A stretch of 64,000 nucleotides of DNA from Alphaproteobacteria bacterium. GTDB lineage: Bacteria; Pseudomonadota; Alphaproteobacteria; M2410. The position numbers were made by a program, and so were the translations under genes. Under the pieces are notes generated by a model. That model searched no databases, was not told the origin of the DNA, and worked only from the letters and a program-made list of their open reading frames with translations. The stretch spans positions 7,341 through 71,340 of the forward strand of contig SBGZ01000061.1 of NCBI GenBank assembly GCA_006226415.1, in the 5' to 3' direction. This document shows positions 1 to 8,584 of this stretch, piece by piece; within the stretch, counting starts at the first letter, position 1; each line of letters opens with the position of its first letter.

Positions 1-306
1 GCTGACAAGTGGTACAAAAAATCCTGGGCAAGTTTTACCACCACCTTTGATGTGCGCCGGGTGGGTGAAGTAGAGGGCGCTTCCACCAAGGCTGTTTTGT
101 CACGGGCGGAAGTTCGCGTGAAGGCGGGAGACCTCTTCGCCGCGGCGCAGGAGCTTGAGGCCTTGCAAGGGGCGGCGAAAGAAACCATGGCGCCTTGGGT
201 TCATGACGTGAAAGCGCGGGTGCGCCTTAACGGTCTTGTGGCCAAGTTGAACGCGCAGGTCTTGTCGAACCTGAATGCCGCCCTAAAAGCCGCCGGGGAG
301 AAATAA
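1..306 (+). CDS. 3' end of a gene entering from upstream; possibly the mitofilin/Mic60-like protein that precedes hemY in alphaproteobacteria
   Basis: Frame 1 is open from base 1 to TAA at 304-306; the track shows it only from an internal GTG at 52. It ends 6 nt before the HemY-like gene. The family is assigned by synteny only. Confidence 0.4.
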   Translation, partial: ADKWYKKSWASFTTTFDVRRVGEVEGASTKAVLSRAEVRVKAGDLFAAAQELEALQGAAKETMAPWVHDVKARVRLNGLVAKLNAQVLSNLNAALKAAGEK

Positions 307-312
307 AGACCG

Positions 313-1902
313 ATGTACCGCGTCCTTGCCTATTGCCTTGTCGCTTTTCCCCTTGCCGCCGGTGCGGTCTGGCTGGCCACGCGCGAGGGACGTTTTCAGG
401 CGGACTGGCTGGGTTACCACATCGAGATGAATACCTCGCTGGCGGTGGTGGTCTATGTGGCGCTCATTGCCCTGATCTTGCTGTTCGTGCGTTGGACCGG
501 TCTTGTGGTGCGGGGTCCTGAAACTTTTTTCGCCTATCGCCGCGAGCATCGCCGGGCTTTGGGGTTGTCGGCTCTGTCCAAAGGTTTGGTGGCGGTGGCG
601 GCGGGCGATTCTGCCGAAGTGCGCAAATTGGCACGTCAGGCGCACAAGCTGCTGGATGAACCGGCATTGACGCTTCTTTTAAGCGCGCAGGCGGCGCAGC
701 TCGATGGCAATGAGAAGAAAGCGGAAAGCTTTTACCGGGACATGCTGGACCAGGAAGCCACGGAGTTTTTAGGGCTGCGCGGTCTTTTCATGATCGCGGC
801 GCGGCGCGGTGACCGGGAAGCAGCTTATGATTACGCCAACCGCGCCTATGAGCTGCGCCCTGACACGCCCTGGGTTTTTGATGCGCTGTTTGAGCTCAAT
901 TCGTCTCGGCATAATTGGGCAGGCGCGGCGGATATGCTGGAAAGCTCCCTCAAGGCCAAACATATCGGACAGGATGTCGCCAAACGCAAGCGCGCTGTTC
1001 TGTATACGGAGCAAGCGCGCGCTGAAGACGAGGCTGGCAATGGTGCGGCGGCCCAGGAGATGGCGCAAAAGGCGTTGGGGCTTGCGCCGGGCTTTACGCC
1101 TGCGGCGCTGATCGCTGCGAAATATCTCATTCAGGCCGACCAGATGTGGAAGGCGGCGCAGACCCTGGAAACCGCCTGGAGCGTGGACCCGCATCCAGAA
1201 CTTGCCCGGCTCTATGGTAAGATCAAGGTCGGGGATGATGCCAAAGCGAAGGCGCGCTGGCTGCGCGGTCTGGCCAAGTTTAACAAGGACCATGTAGAAA
1301 GCCGGCTCTTGCGGGCACGGCAGAATGTGAAGCTGGGAGAATGGAAGGGCGCACGGCGGGCGCTTTCGGGGCTCGTTGAGAATTTTCCCAGTGTGCGGGT
1401 TTGTGAGCTGATGGCCGACATTGAAAAAGGTGAGCATGGTCGCTCGGAGGTGGTCTCAGAGGCGGCCCGGGCCTGGCTTGCCAAAGCGGTGCATGCGCCG
1501 CGCGATGCCCATTGGATGTGCGGCACCTGTGGCCGCGAGGCGCCGGATTGGTCGGCGGTTTGTCCCAATTGCGGGGCCTTTGACGATCTTTCCTGGCGGG
1601 CGCCGCAGATGACCACTTTGACACCGGTCGAAGAGGATGACGATTTAGAGGGGAATGGCCCGGTCGTTATTTTGACGGCGGATTCACCGCAGGAAGTGCC
1701 GCCGGTTGTCGATTCGGTACGTGTGCCGCCGCATGGGGGCGCCGCGCCCAAGGCGCCGCCAACCTATCGCAGTCGCCGCGAAGACGTTGGCAAGCAAGGG
1801 CTTGAGAACACGGATGCGGCGCCGGTGCCGGATGATCCAGGCCCTGGCGGAGAGGATCCTTATGATCCACGCCCGGAGAAGGTTTCGGGCCGCGACTTCT
1901 AG
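313..1902 (+). CDS. HemY-like protein: HemY_N-type membrane anchor, TPR region and C-terminal zinc ribbon
   Basis: Two N-terminal TM helices are followed by TPR-like helical repeats. A CGTCG...CPNCG zinc-ribbon and a Pro/Asp-rich tail complete the typical alphaproteobacterial HemY-like layout. Confidence 0.7.
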   Translation: MYRVLAYCLVAFPLAAGAVWLATREGRFQADWLGYHIEMNTSLAVVVYVALIALILLFVRWTGLVVRGPETFFAYRREHRRALGLSALSKGLVAVAAGDSAEVRKLARQAHKLLDEPALTLLLSAQAAQLDGNEKKAESFYRDMLDQEATEFLGLRGLFMIAARRGDREAAYDYANRAYELRPDTPWVFDALFELNSSRHNWAGAADMLESSLKAKHIGQDVAKRKRAVLYTEQARAEDEAGNGAAAQEMAQKALGLAPGFTPAALIAAKYLIQADQMWKAAQTLETAWSVDPHPELARLYGKIKVGDDAKAKARWLRGLAKFNKDHVESRLLRARQNVKLGEWKGARRALSGLVENFPSVRVCELMADIEKGEHGRSEVVSEAARAWLAKAVHAPRDAHWMCGTCGREAPDWSAVCPNCGAFDDLSWRAPQMTTLTPVEEDDDLEGNGPVVILTADSPQEVPPVVDSVRVPPHGGAAPKAPPTYRSRREDVGKQGLENTDAAPVPDDPGPGGEDPYDPRPEKVSGRDF

Positions 1903-2025
1903 ACCCGCGCGTCTCAAAATGGTAAAAGTCAATGCGCTTGGCGTTTCGGGGGGAATGCCAGGATTTTGCAGAATGTAGGCTCGCTGGGCCTTTAAAAGTT
2001 TGCGTTCTCGGGTAGTGGGGATCAC

Positions 2026-2970
2026 ATGCGTCGATCGATCATTGGTTTGCTGGCTTTTTTGGCTGTCCTAACCGGCGCTTTTCTTGGCCTTGCCGACTTT
2101 GACATACCGCTTGAGACCTTAAAGGGCCGCTACGGGGCGCCGCCCTCGCGCTTTGTTCAGCTGCCCGGCGGCATGACCGCGCATTACCGCGATCAGGGCA
2201 ATGTCAACGGCCGGGTGTTGGTGCTTTTGCATGGCTCCAACGACTCGCTTTTTACCTGGGAGCCCTGGGTCGCTGAGCTTGGGCAGGATTACCGCCTCAT
2301 CACCGTCGATCTGCCGGGACACGGACTGTCGTCATTTGCTGAAAACAATGTTTACACGAGCGATATCTATCTGAATTTTGTCTCGGAATTCATTGGCGTC
2401 TTGCAGCTCGACACTTTCGTGCTTGGCGGCAATTCGATGGGCGGCAAGATCGCCTGGCGCTACGCGCTCGACCATCCGGAAAAATTGGAAGCGCTTGTGT
2501 TGCTGGATGCCTCGGGGATTGATCTTGGGGGACCGCCGCAGGAAGAAGGCTTGCTCTATCAGGTCGCCGAAACGCCGGGGCTCAATAAAGTGCTGGATTA
2601 TGTGCTGCCTGAGAAGCTGGTTGCCAATACCCTGCGTGATGCCATCTATGATGATGATCTGGTAACCCAGGCCATGGTTGATCAGTATCATGATCTTTTG
2701 TTGCGTGAGGGGCGGCGTCAGGCTTCCAAGGCGCGTCTTTTAGCCCCTAAAGAGGCGCAGCCGACGGAGCGTCTTGGTGAGATTTCAGTTCCCACGCTTA
2801 TTCTCTGGGGCGAAGAAGACACTTATGTGTCTGTGGAGGCGGCATATATTTTCGATGCGCAGATCCCGAATTCAGCCCTGATTGTCTATCCAGAGGTCGG
2901 TCATCTGCCGATGGTGGAGGTGCCAGAGGATAGCGCCGCTTCGCTTAAGGCGTTTTTGATTCTCCACTAG
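2026..2970 (+). CDS. alpha/beta-fold hydrolase with a signal/anchor sequence
   Basis: Carries an HGSNDS oxyanion region, a GNSMGG nucleophile elbow and a C-terminal GH motif. Its stop codon TAG (2968-2970) lies inside the left 14-bp direct repeat of the downstream islet. Confidence 0.85.
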   Translation: MRRSIIGLLAFLAVLTGAFLGLADFDIPLETLKGRYGAPPSRFVQLPGGMTAHYRDQGNVNGRVLVLLHGSNDSLFTWEPWVAELGQDYRLITVDLPGHGLSSFAENNVYTSDIYLNFVSEFIGVLQLDTFVLGGNSMGGKIAWRYALDHPEKLEALVLLDASGIDLGGPPQEEGLLYQVAETPGLNKVLDYVLPEKLVANTLRDAIYDDDLVTQAMVDQYHDLLLREGRRQASKARLLAPKEAQPTERLGEISVPTLILWGEEDTYVSVEAAYIFDAQIPNSALIVYPEVGHLPMVEVPEDSAASLKAFLILH

Positions 2971-2976
2971 ATTGAC
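2963..2976. repeat. left copy of a perfect 14-bp direct repeat, tccactagattgac
   Basis: An identical 14-mer recurs at 4658-4671. The two copies sit exactly at the edges of the AT-rich segment. Confidence 0.85.
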
Positions 2977-3114
2977 TTTCTGAAACTTTACACCCAAAAA
3001 CAATTGTAATTCTGATTGTGCAATCTTAGATTGTCATAGTGCGATTTGAGTCGAATTATGACAACAATGTGTCGAATGTGAACGCTATCGAGAATGTCAA
3101 GGGAGTAGCAAACT

Positions 3115-4158
3115 GTGACTAACCAAGAATGGGAATACTCTGACACAGAAGATGCGCCGGAGATAGAAGCTGAGCCTAAGCTCGAATATGAAATCATGAA
3201 TTATCCGGCAGATACAACACTGCAAGGATACCAAGAAATGTGGGATCGGGGGGAGCTCTCGGTTCCCGAATTCCAAAGGGAATTTATCTGGGATCAGGTT
3301 AAGGCGAGTAAATTGATTGAGAGTTTCTTGCTAGGACTTCCTGTGCCCGGTGTCTTCCTTTTTAAAGAACGAGAAAGTTCTAAGTATCTAATAATTGATG
3401 GGCAGCAACGCATCACATCAATTGTCTCTTTTCTTAAAGGAGTAATTCACGACCGCGTATTTCGTTTAAAGAATGTGGACCGCCGTTGGGAGGGGAGGAC
3501 CTTTAAAGAATTGTCCGAAAGTGATCGATTTACACTAACCGGCCGAGTGTTAAGGGCGACAATAATTCAGCAAATAAGTCCTGATGATAAAACTAGTATC
3601 TATCATATTTTTGAACGCCTCAATACAGGAGGTGTAAATCTAAACCCTATGGAAATAAGACAATGTGTTTCATACGGTCCATTCGTTCAGGTATTGAAAG
3701 ATATGAATGAAGACGCGAGTTGGAGAAAGTTGATTGGGAAAGATAACATTGACAAGCGTCTTCGTGATGTTGAATTGATATTGAGATGTTTGGCTCTATC
3801 GATAAATGCGGACAATTATGAAAAGCCCATGAAAGGTTTTCTCAATAAGTATATGGAACGAGAGCGCGCCAATCCATCAGATTACGAGCAACTCAAAACA
3901 AACTTCTCTAACACGTGCACGGAAATCATTTCATGCCTTGGAGAAAAACCCTTTAATTTGAGAGGTAGGCTGAACTATGGCCTCTTAGACTCTATACTGG
4001 CGACGGCGCTCAGATTGGGTGTTCCCAAAGACCTTGATGTAGATCTAAATGAATTGCTTAAGAATGAGGAATTTCTGGACGCAATTACAAAAAATACTAG
4101 CGACCTTTCGGAAGTAGAATGCCGAATGCGCTTGGCGTCTGAAGCATTTGCTTCTTAG
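3115..4158 (+). CDS. stand-alone DUF262 (ParB/Srx-like, GmrSD N-terminal type) protein
   Basis: Has the PEFQREFIW and LIIDGQQRITSI motifs typical of DUF262. It uses a GTG start after an aaggga SD. No DUF1524/HNH tail is present. Confidence 0.85.
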   Translation: MTNQEWEYSDTEDAPEIEAEPKLEYEIMNYPADTTLQGYQEMWDRGELSVPEFQREFIWDQVKASKLIESFLLGLPVPGVFLFKERESSKYLIIDGQQRITSIVSFLKGVIHDRVFRLKNVDRRWEGRTFKELSESDRFTLTGRVLRATIIQQISPDDKTSIYHIFERLNTGGVNLNPMEIRQCVSYGPFVQVLKDMNEDASWRKLIGKDNIDKRLRDVELILRCLALSINADNYEKPMKGFLNKYMERERANPSDYEQLKTNFSNTCTEIISCLGEKPFNLRGRLNYGLLDSILATALRLGVPKDLDVDLNELLKNEEFLDAITKNTSDLSEVECRMRLASEAFAS

Positions 4159-4633
4159 TGGGGCATATGAGATGTCAAAATTGCTTAGGACAGGACTTGC
4201 GCTCAAAGAGATAGAATCATTTTTGGGCACGGTTGAACATGAATCCCCGTTGGTTGAGAATTATTTGGCTCAGTATCTTGCTGTGGCCTTTTACTCAGAA
4301 ATGGAGGAAAGAGTTAAGGCGGTTTATCAAGACAGAATTCAAGGAAGCGGTGATGTGAGAATAGCCAATTTTATCTTGAAGACTCAGGATGCAATGCTGG
4401 GGAGGGTTAGAAAATCGGACATAAAAGAAATGGCGAAATGTTTTGGAGATGACTGCAGAGACCGTTTCAATGCCGCTCTAAGCGAAGAATTGGTTCAGAA
4501 GTACCAAAACGTAATATTGAATCGACACGAAACAAGCCATACGACTGGAAGTAGTGTCACGATTGATGATGTAAAGGTCGCGGTTGAAGCGGCAGAAACG
4601 ATACTTGATGCCCTAAATTTGGCTATACAGTGA
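4148..4633 (+). CDS. HEPN-like small helical protein with an Rx4H motif
   Basis: Near the C-terminus the sequence NRHETSH gives an R-x4-H motif, and the composition looks all-helical. The TTG start at 4148 overlaps the DUF262 stop; an alternative ATG lies at 4172. It shares the AT-rich composition of the upstream gene. Confidence 0.6.
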   Translation: MLLSGAYEMSKLLRTGLALKEIESFLGTVEHESPLVENYLAQYLAVAFYSEMEERVKAVYQDRIQGSGDVRIANFILKTQDAMLGRVRKSDIKEMAKCFGDDCRDRFNAALSEELVQKYQNVILNRHETSHTTGSSVTIDDVKVAVEAAETILDALNLAIQ

Positions 4634-4657
4634 CGAATTTGTTAGCGCGAGGAAATT

Positions 4658-4671
4658 TCCACTAGATTGAC
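4658..4671. repeat. right copy of the 14-bp direct repeat, tccactagattgac
   Basis: Identical to 2963-2976. Composition returns to the GC-rich background immediately after it. Confidence 0.85.
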
Positions 4672-4739
4672 AATTTTTCTCCGCAAACATAGATTTTACC
4701 CCAGGTAGAAACTTTGGATTTTAACAGGAGGGTCAGGCG

Positions 4740-4826
4740 ATGGATTGCACCAACACCAGCAACTACCATCACTTTCGAACGCGTGGCCCCGTCTTGGCCC
4801 TGCAATCTCACGTTTTGCAGGGCTGA
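4740..4826 (+). CDS. possible 28-codon upstream ORF / leader peptide of the ABC-F gene
   Basis: An AGGAGG SD at 4726-4731 lies 8 nt before the ATG. The product is MDCTNTSNYHHFRTRGPVLALQSHVLQG. An 8-bp hairpin (4798-4822) lies inside its 3' end. It is absent from the track because it is under 60 aa. Confidence 0.3.
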   Translation: MDCTNTSNYHHFRTRGPVLALQSHVLQG

Positions 4827-4962
4827 TCAAAATATGAACTCCTAAACGGCATTCCTTGATCAGGCCTGTTCGGGTTGCAGCTTCGTTGAAGCAGCGACTT
4901 GTCGAACCCCAAAGAGCTTTTTACACGCCACAAAGCTCACGCCTTCTAAAGAGATCAAAAAA

Positions 4963-6480
4963 ATGTCTGTTCTTTCCCTTAAAGACGCCAGCTATCAGGC
5001 CCACGTTCAACTTTTTCAGTCGCTCACCTATTCGTTTGGCCGCGAGGACCGGGTGGGCCTTGTCGCGCTCAATGGCGCGGGCAAATCCACCTTCCTCAAG
5101 TGCCTGACCGGTGAGTTGGAATTTACATCCGGTGAGGTGACCTTCTCGCGCGGCGCGCGCATCGGCTATATGAGCCAAGAGGTCGAGGCTTCTCTCCTGG
5201 ACCTGACCTGCCGCGCGGCCATCACAAGTGCCTTGCCGGAGCCGCAGCGCGTTGACGAAAGTTGGCGGGTGGACATGGTTTTAGGCTCGCTCGGGTTTGA
5301 AGAGGCTCAATACGAACAGACCGTTGCCACGCTCAGTGGGGGCTGGCAGCGCCTTCTCTTGCTGGCGCGGATCTGGGTGACCGAGCCCGATATTCTGTTG
5401 ATGGATGAGCCGACCAATCACCTGGATCTTGAAAAGATTTTGTTTTTGGAGAACTGGCTTCTCACCTGGGCGGCGCATATGCCGGTCATTATTGCCAGTC
5501 ACGACCGGAGCTTTCTGGATGCGGTGACCAATCGCACGTTGTTTTTGCGGCCTGGCCAGTCACAATATTTCAGTTTGCCCTACACCCGCGCCAAGCAGGA
5601 ACTTGAGCGGGTGGATGCCGCGCTGGCGCTCGAACGGGAGCGGCGGCTTGGCGAGGCCGAGCAATTGCGCAAGCAATCGGCCAAACTGAAAAACATTGGC
5701 CTGAACTCCGGCAGCGACTTGTTGCAGAAGAAGCAAAAGCAGTTGCGCGAGCGGGCCGAGCGCATTGAAGAAAAGGTCGAAGAACTGCATGCGGAGCGGG
5801 CGGGCGAGATCCGCCTGGCCACAGGCGGCACCCATGCCAAGGTGTTGGTGCGGGTCGAAAACCTTGAGGTCGCGACACCGGACGGGCGGCTGCTCTTTAA
5901 GGTGCCGGCACTTGATATTGCGCAAGGGGACCGGCTCGTGCTGCTCGGACACAACGGCTGCGGCAAGTCGACCTTCGTCCGCCTCTTGCGCCGGGCGCTG
6001 GTGGCGGGGGAAGAGATCCCCGGCATCCGCGTGACCCCCTCGCTTAACACAGGCTATCTCGATCAGGCACTTTCCGATGTGCCGCCGGACGTGAGCTCGT
6101 TTGAGCATGTGGCCCATCGCGGGGAGAGCGACGCGCGCTGTCATGCGGCGCTTGCCAGTGCGGGCATCTCGTTTGACTGGCAGACAAAGCCGATGCGGCT
6201 CCTCTCCTGGGGACAGCGGGCACGGGTGGCCCTCCTGGCGCTCAGGTTTGAGGCACCCAATTTCTACCTGCTTGATGAGCCGACGAACCATGTGGATATC
6301 GCCGGTCAGGAGATGTTGGCCGACGAGATCAAGTCACGCGGTGCCGGCTCGGTGCTGGTCACCCACGACCGGACGTTCGCGCGGGAGACCGGCAACCGGT
6401 TTTTGGTAATTGAGGGCGGAAAACTCAGCGAAAGCGCCTCGCCGGAGAGCTATTTTGCCTCCGTCGCCGCTGAAATCTAA
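4963..6480 (+). CDS. ABC-F family ATPase: two ABC domains and no TM domain
   Basis: Contains two Walker A motifs (NGAGKST, GHNGCGKST), two signature motifs (LSGGWQ, LSWGQR) and two Walker B motifs (LLMDEPTNHLD, YLLDEPTNHVD). A charged coiled linker joins the domains. Confidence 0.9.
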   Translation: MSVLSLKDASYQAHVQLFQSLTYSFGREDRVGLVALNGAGKSTFLKCLTGELEFTSGEVTFSRGARIGYMSQEVEASLLDLTCRAAITSALPEPQRVDESWRVDMVLGSLGFEEAQYEQTVATLSGGWQRLLLLARIWVTEPDILLMDEPTNHLDLEKILFLENWLLTWAAHMPVIIASHDRSFLDAVTNRTLFLRPGQSQYFSLPYTRAKQELERVDAALALERERRLGEAEQLRKQSAKLKNIGLNSGSDLLQKKQKQLRERAERIEEKVEELHAERAGEIRLATGGTHAKVLVRVENLEVATPDGRLLFKVPALDIAQGDRLVLLGHNGCGKSTFVRLLRRALVAGEEIPGIRVTPSLNTGYLDQALSDVPPDVSSFEHVAHRGESDARCHAALASAGISFDWQTKPMRLLSWGQRARVALLALRFEAPNFYLLDEPTNHVDIAGQEMLADEIKSRGAGSVLVTHDRTFARETGNRFLVIEGGKLSESASPESYFASVAAEI

Positions 6481-6531
6481 TCTTGCAATGTGAGGCGGGC
6501 AGAAGTAGATAGGGCTACTTTTGCTCCCCTA

Positions 6532-6607
<76 letters not shown>

Positions 6608-6731
6608 TAATTCTTACATAAAAAGAAGCGCGGAGAGCCGCGGGTTATGAGCTCTTCCTGTGAATAACACGAAGGTCCGGTAAAAATGTGTTATCCTTTA
6701 AGCTGCGATATCGTGCGAAGGGGTGACGAGA

Positions 6732-8381
6732 ATGGCAAATCCATCAAAGTTTGGAATTTCACTTGTGGCGTTTGCCGCAATTTCTCTGGTAGGTGGTTGC
6801 GACCAGGTCGCTCAGAGCCCGCAGAGCATCGAAGCCGAACGTTCAGAGCATGAGGCATCTGTTGGCAAGACAGAAGCCGATCAGCCGATGTTGGTGCAGT
6901 TCTCCAACACATGCTCGGCACAGGTTCAAGACGACTTGAACACAGGCATCACTCTCCTGCACTCCTTTGAATACCCGGAGACGCTTCGGGTGTTTTCCAA
7001 TATAACAACGACGGACCCAAGCTGCGCAATTGCGAAGTGGGGCATTGCAATGAGCCTATGGCACCCCTTGTGGGCGCCTCCTTCGAACGCGGATCTCGAT
7101 CTTGGCGCCTCACTTCTTGATGAGGCTATCGCGATGGAGGCAAGTCCAAGAGAGAAAGCCTATTTGGGCGCCCTCCAGGAATTCTATTCCAGCAATGACC
7201 CTCAAAGCCATCGCCAGAGAGTGTTAAGGTATGAAGCTGCCATGGACAGTTTGCAGTCCAATTATCCTGATGATGTTGAAGCCAAGATCTTCCATGCGCT
7301 CGCTTTGCTAGCGACAGCAGACCCACACGACAAGACCTATTCTGTTCAAAACAGAGCCGGGAAAGCACTCAAGGAAATTGGCAGGCAGTACCCGACGCAC
7401 CCCGGTGTTTTGCACTATATAATCCACAGTTACGACTATCCGGGCCTTGCCCAAAATGCACTTGAGGAGGCCAAAACCTATGCCAAGGCCGCCCCAGACT
7501 CTGCTCACGCTCAACATATGCCCTCACATATCTTTACGAGACTGGGGCTTTGGGAGCTCTCACTTGCTTCAAATCATGATTCTACGAAGTCTGCAGAGGA
7601 ATATACTGTTACCGCAAATCTTCCAGGTCTCTATGACGAGGGATTACACAGTATTGATTATCTAATGTATGCAATGTTGCAAACTGGACGGGACGCAGAG
7701 GCTGCGGAACTGCTCAAAAAGATCCAAGGTATCGAGCATGCCTATCCAGAGAATTTCAAGGTCGCATTCACATTTGCATCTTCACCGTCTCGCTATGCGC
7801 TGGAGAGAAGACAGTGGGTCGAAGCGAGTGAACTTGAACTTATTCATGCCGACTTTCCGTGGGACAATTTTCTGTGGGCGAAGTCCATTCATCACTTCAC
7901 CAAAGGCATTGGCGCGGCTCGAAGCGGGCAGCCGGACACAGCTCTGCAAGAACTGGAAACCCTGAGAAAAATAAGAGACGATCTGCCACCTGCGACGCTT
8001 CCTTACTGGCGCGAGGAAGTGGATGTTCAGATAGATGCCCTCAATTCCTGGATCGAAGCGGGCAAAGGTAATGAGCAGGCGGCTATTGCTCTTGCTGAGA
8101 AAGCTGCGGACAAGGAGGATGCTGTAGACAAGCACCCTGTAACCCCGGGTGAGGTCTTACCCGCCCGGGAATTGCTTGCGGACCTTCTCTTTGAATTTGG
8201 TCATCACGAAGCGGCACTGGAGGCATACAGGACAGTTCTAAAATCCTCACCAAATCGCCTCAACGCGCTGATAGGCGCGGAAAAGGCTGCCAGGGAGTTA
8301 GGCAACTCTGACCTAGCAGACGACTACAAAAACACGATCATTGAGCAGATCCAATACGGAGATCGGGAAATTCGAATTTGA
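6732..8381 (+). CDS. TPR-like helical-repeat lipoprotein of unknown function
   Basis: Has a lipobox (SLVGGC) after a signal peptide, followed by a long helical-repeat body. ATG 6732 follows an aagggg SD; the track starts at GTG 6723. GC is lower than the flanks. Confidence 0.7.
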   Translation: MANPSKFGISLVAFAAISLVGGCDQVAQSPQSIEAERSEHEASVGKTEADQPMLVQFSNTCSAQVQDDLNTGITLLHSFEYPETLRVFSNITTTDPSCAIAKWGIAMSLWHPLWAPPSNADLDLGASLLDEAIAMEASPREKAYLGALQEFYSSNDPQSHRQRVLRYEAAMDSLQSNYPDDVEAKIFHALALLATADPHDKTYSVQNRAGKALKEIGRQYPTHPGVLHYIIHSYDYPGLAQNALEEAKTYAKAAPDSAHAQHMPSHIFTRLGLWELSLASNHDSTKSAEEYTVTANLPGLYDEGLHSIDYLMYAMLQTGRDAEAAELLKKIQGIEHAYPENFKVAFTFASSPSRYALERRQWVEASELELIHADFPWDNFLWAKSIHHFTKGIGAARSGQPDTALQELETLRKIRDDLPPATLPYWREEVDVQIDALNSWIEAGKGNEQAAIALAEKAADKEDAVDKHPVTPGEVLPARELLADLLFEFGHHEAALEAYRTVLKSSPNRLNALIGAEKAARELGNSDLADDYKNTIIEQIQYGDREIRI

Positions 8382-8481
8382 AGTCTTGTTACTCGCCAGG
8401 CAAATTCTGAGTTTCCAAGTTTCGATTGAAACTGGTTGATTTGGCGCGATCCTGATCGAAACCCAGATGGCCTGAATTTCA

Positions 8482-8530
8482 CATTCGTAATGCGTCATGT
8501 CGGTGGACCCTAGTCCACTCAGCGGCACCA
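8482..8530 (+). pseudogene. decayed duplicate of the 3' half of tRNA-Thr, from the anticodon loop to CCA
   Basis: It shares cattcgtaatgcgt, gtcggtgg and agtccactcagcggcacca with 6566-6607, but the variable loop and T arm are disrupted. The homology continues into the downstream hairpin. Confidence 0.75.
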
Positions 8531-8584
8531 TTTCCATGACGATAAAAGAAGTGCGGAAGCCGCGGTTTTTCTTTGTTGCTGGCC

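Larger units (their letters stand above)
2963..4671. mobile_element. 1.7-kb AT-rich inserted islet (DUF262 + HEPN cargo) bounded by 14-bp direct repeats, with no recombinase
   Basis: There is a sharp drop in GC (roughly 40% by eye against about 55-60% in the flanks). Perfect direct repeats mark both edges, and the insertion point coincides with the hydrolase stop codon. Confidence 0.6.

Noticed and set aside
8405-8432. Hairpin ccaagtttc-gatt-gaaactgg after the TPR lipoprotein gene
   Set aside because: The stem is short and bulged with no following T-tract, so it is not convincing as a terminator.
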